Source: a virus (Duplodnaviria > Caudoviricetes). Taken from it: DNA of 26,200 bases. The notes beneath the pieces are model-generated. The model worked only from the letters and a program-made list of their open reading frames with translations. It had not been told where the DNA came from and searched no databases. Made by a program: the position numbers and the translations under genes. This document shows positions 24,917 to 26,200 of the stretch, one piece after another; within the stretch, counting starts at the first letter, position 1, and every line of letters starts with the position of its first letter. The DNA lies in IMG/VR virus record IMGVR_UViG_3300045978_000235, positions 1 through 26,200 of that record, one strand, 5' to 3'.

Positions 24917-25156
24917 ATGATGCAAGTCCAGCTTGAGAGTACCGACAAAATCGTTGAACTTCAGACCCCCAGCGGCATCGTGCCCGCGCGGATCTGGGAA
25001 GGCACGACGGCCAACGGCATCAAGTGCCACGCCTTCATCACCCGGATCGCTGTTCACAAGGACGATGATGCGGCGGAATTCGAACGTGAGTTGCAGGAAC
25101 ATCGGAGGCCCTCGGCCGCGCTCGCTGGCGTCTATGAAGCGCGCCTGGTGCTGTGA
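24917..25156 (+). CDS. Hypothetical protein (79 aa) between the two arrays
   Basis: RBS GGAGG at 24911-24915; ATG 24917 or 24920; ARIWEGTT motif. Confidence 0.7.
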   Translation: MMQVQLESTDKIVELQTPSGIVPARIWEGTTANGIKCHAFITRIAVHKDDDAAEFERELQEHRRPSAALAGVYEARLVL

Positions 25157-25283
25157 TGGGCATCCTCGATCCGCCGCAATGACCCTGGAGTTCACGGTGC
25201 ACGGCGTGGCGCAGCAGTGATGGTGAATCTATGAAACCGAAGCCGAGACGCTTGCCGTTCGATACAGGCCGCGAGGTCAAGGC

Positions 25284-25623
25284 AAGCGAGCCGTGGTACT
25301 TGAGAGCACCTGGTAGGTGGAGCGAGCCGTGGCGTTGGAGAGCACCGCCCGATAAGAGCGAGCCGTCAAGATGGAGAACACCGTCACCCCTAGAGCGAGT
25401 CGAGTTGGACGAGGGCACCGGAGTCGAAGAGCGAGCCGGCGAACCGGAGAGCACCGAGTATCGTGATCGAGTTGAGTATTGGGAGGGGGACCAATTGCGT
25501 GGAGCGAGCCGTGGTATTGGAAAGCGCACCGATGGCGGGCGAGCGCAAGCCGCGTACGTAGAGAGCACCGAGCGGTTGGAGCGAGCCGTGTATGCCGAGA
25601 GCACCGCAGGAAGTGGAGCGCCA
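25284..25623 (+). repeat. TIGR-like dual-repeat array (9 units, ~36-nt period)
   Basis: Repeat A GAGCGAGCCG (some copies degenerate) at 25284, 25320, 25356, 25393, 25429, 25465, 25502, 25541, 25579 and partial 25616. Repeat B GAGAGCACCG at 25302, 25338, 25374, 25411, 25447, 25483, ~25521, 25561 and 25597. Variable segments are mostly 8 nt. Confidence 0.85.
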
Positions 25624-25630
25624 AAACAAC

Positions 25631-25951
25631 ATGAGACCACGCGGTCCGTATTTCATCCTCGTCGACCGTGAACCGGTGGCCGTCGATGACATGCGGACGT
25701 GGTCAGACTGGCACCACAAGATCGCGAACCGCCGGGTGGCCGAGACCACGTTGTCGAGCGGCACGTACGTGTCGACGGTGTGCCTCGGCCTCGACCATCA
25801 GTTCTCCCTCACCGGCCCGCCGCTCCTGTTCGAGACGTTGGTCTTCGGCGGGCCGCTCGATGGCGAGACGGATCGCTACAGCACCTGGTCAGAGGCGGAA
25901 GTCGGCCATCACGTCATGGTCGGGCGGGTCAAGCAGGCTGAGGGCCTCTGA
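25631..25951 (+). CDS. Phage hypothetical protein (106 aa)
   Basis: Start reassigned to ATG 25631. VSTVCLGLDH..FETLVFGG..RYSTWSEAEVGH is a pattern I recognise from phage hypotheticals. Confidence 0.75.
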   Translation: MRPRGPYFILVDREPVAVDDMRTWSDWHHKIANRRVAETTLSSGTYVSTVCLGLDHQFSLTGPPLLFETLVFGGPLDGETDRYSTWSEAEVGHHVMVGRVKQAEGL

Positions 25952-25954
25952 CAA

Positions 25955-26110
25955 TCACCGCGTCCCGCGCGTCAGGCGAAACACGACCTCGTCGTCGTCG
26001 CACTGGTGGTCGTAGACCAGGGTGTCGCCGATGTTCAGCACCAGCATCCCGCGACTGTTGCACGAGCGCCTGCAGTCTGCACAAGAGACATCGTGCGCGA
26101 ATTCGCCCAT
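25955..26110 (-). CDS. Possible 51-aa Cys/His-containing protein
   Basis: ATG 26110; CADC..C and HQC; converges on the previous gene. Confidence 0.4.
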   Translation of the reverse strand: MGEFAHDVSCADCRRSCNSRGMLVLNIGDTLVYDHQCDDDEVVFRLTRGTR

Positions 26111-26200
26111 GCCTACAGCGTCACTTCCTGATTTTTCAGGGGGGTGGCAAAATGTTAAGGATTTTGAGCGTCCCAAACCCTCACGGCCTGGTCGCGTGGG

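Larger units (their letters stand above)
1..26200. mobile_element. Temperate tailed phage (siphovirus-like, HK97/lambdoid organisation), probably near-complete excised genome
   Basis: Packaging, head, tail, integration, immunity, recombination and replication modules are all present. No host housekeeping genes. attP is intact in the middle of the window. Confidence 0.93.

Noticed and set aside
25284-25623. Canonical CRISPR array
   Set aside because: Two alternating 10-nt repeats with 8-9-nt spacers are far shorter than CRISPR repeats and spacers; no cas1/cas2.
25231-25671. 146-aa ORF with repeated SEPW/ERA motifs, and the antisense ORFs over it
   Set aside because: By-product of the 36-nt array. 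Repeats are conserved at DNA level while the reading frame through them shifts at the 37-nt units.
1-26200. Terminal direct repeat proving circularity; diversity-generating retroelement; anti-CRISPR calls
   Set aside because: The window ends share no visible repeat, no reverse transcriptase is present, and small ORFs cannot be assigned Acr function by eye.

Overview
The window looks like a complete or nearly complete ~26 kb temperate siphovirus genome in its excised form (intact attP), GC-rich, with the host unknown. Bases 48-13170 (+) carry an HK97-type large terminase, a small RHH protein, a fused prohead protease/major capsid gene placed before the portal, head-tail joining genes, tail tube, a frameshifting tail chaperone, a short tape measure, tail proteins and an atypical lysis region. 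The centre holds attP (3' half of tRNA-Ala(CGC) flanked by arm-type repeats), a tyrosine integrase, a cI/cro switch and an excisionase. The right arm is an early operon: ERF recombinase, replication genes, Hjc-type resolvase, two small DNA methyltransferases, a pectate-lyase-like protein and an HNH nuclease. Two non-coding repeat systems stand out. (1) A stand-alone Cas7/RAMP-like gene (16323-16961) is followed directly by ~690 nt of phased 5-nt units, GGY-NN/GCT-NN (16963-17650), a candidate RNA-guided system with a gapped code (VIPR-like). (2) Two 36-nt-period dual-repeat arrays (24788-24905, 25284-25623) have TIGR-like architecture, but no Nop-domain Tas gene is visible. All protein calls come from motif recognition by eye; no database searches were run.
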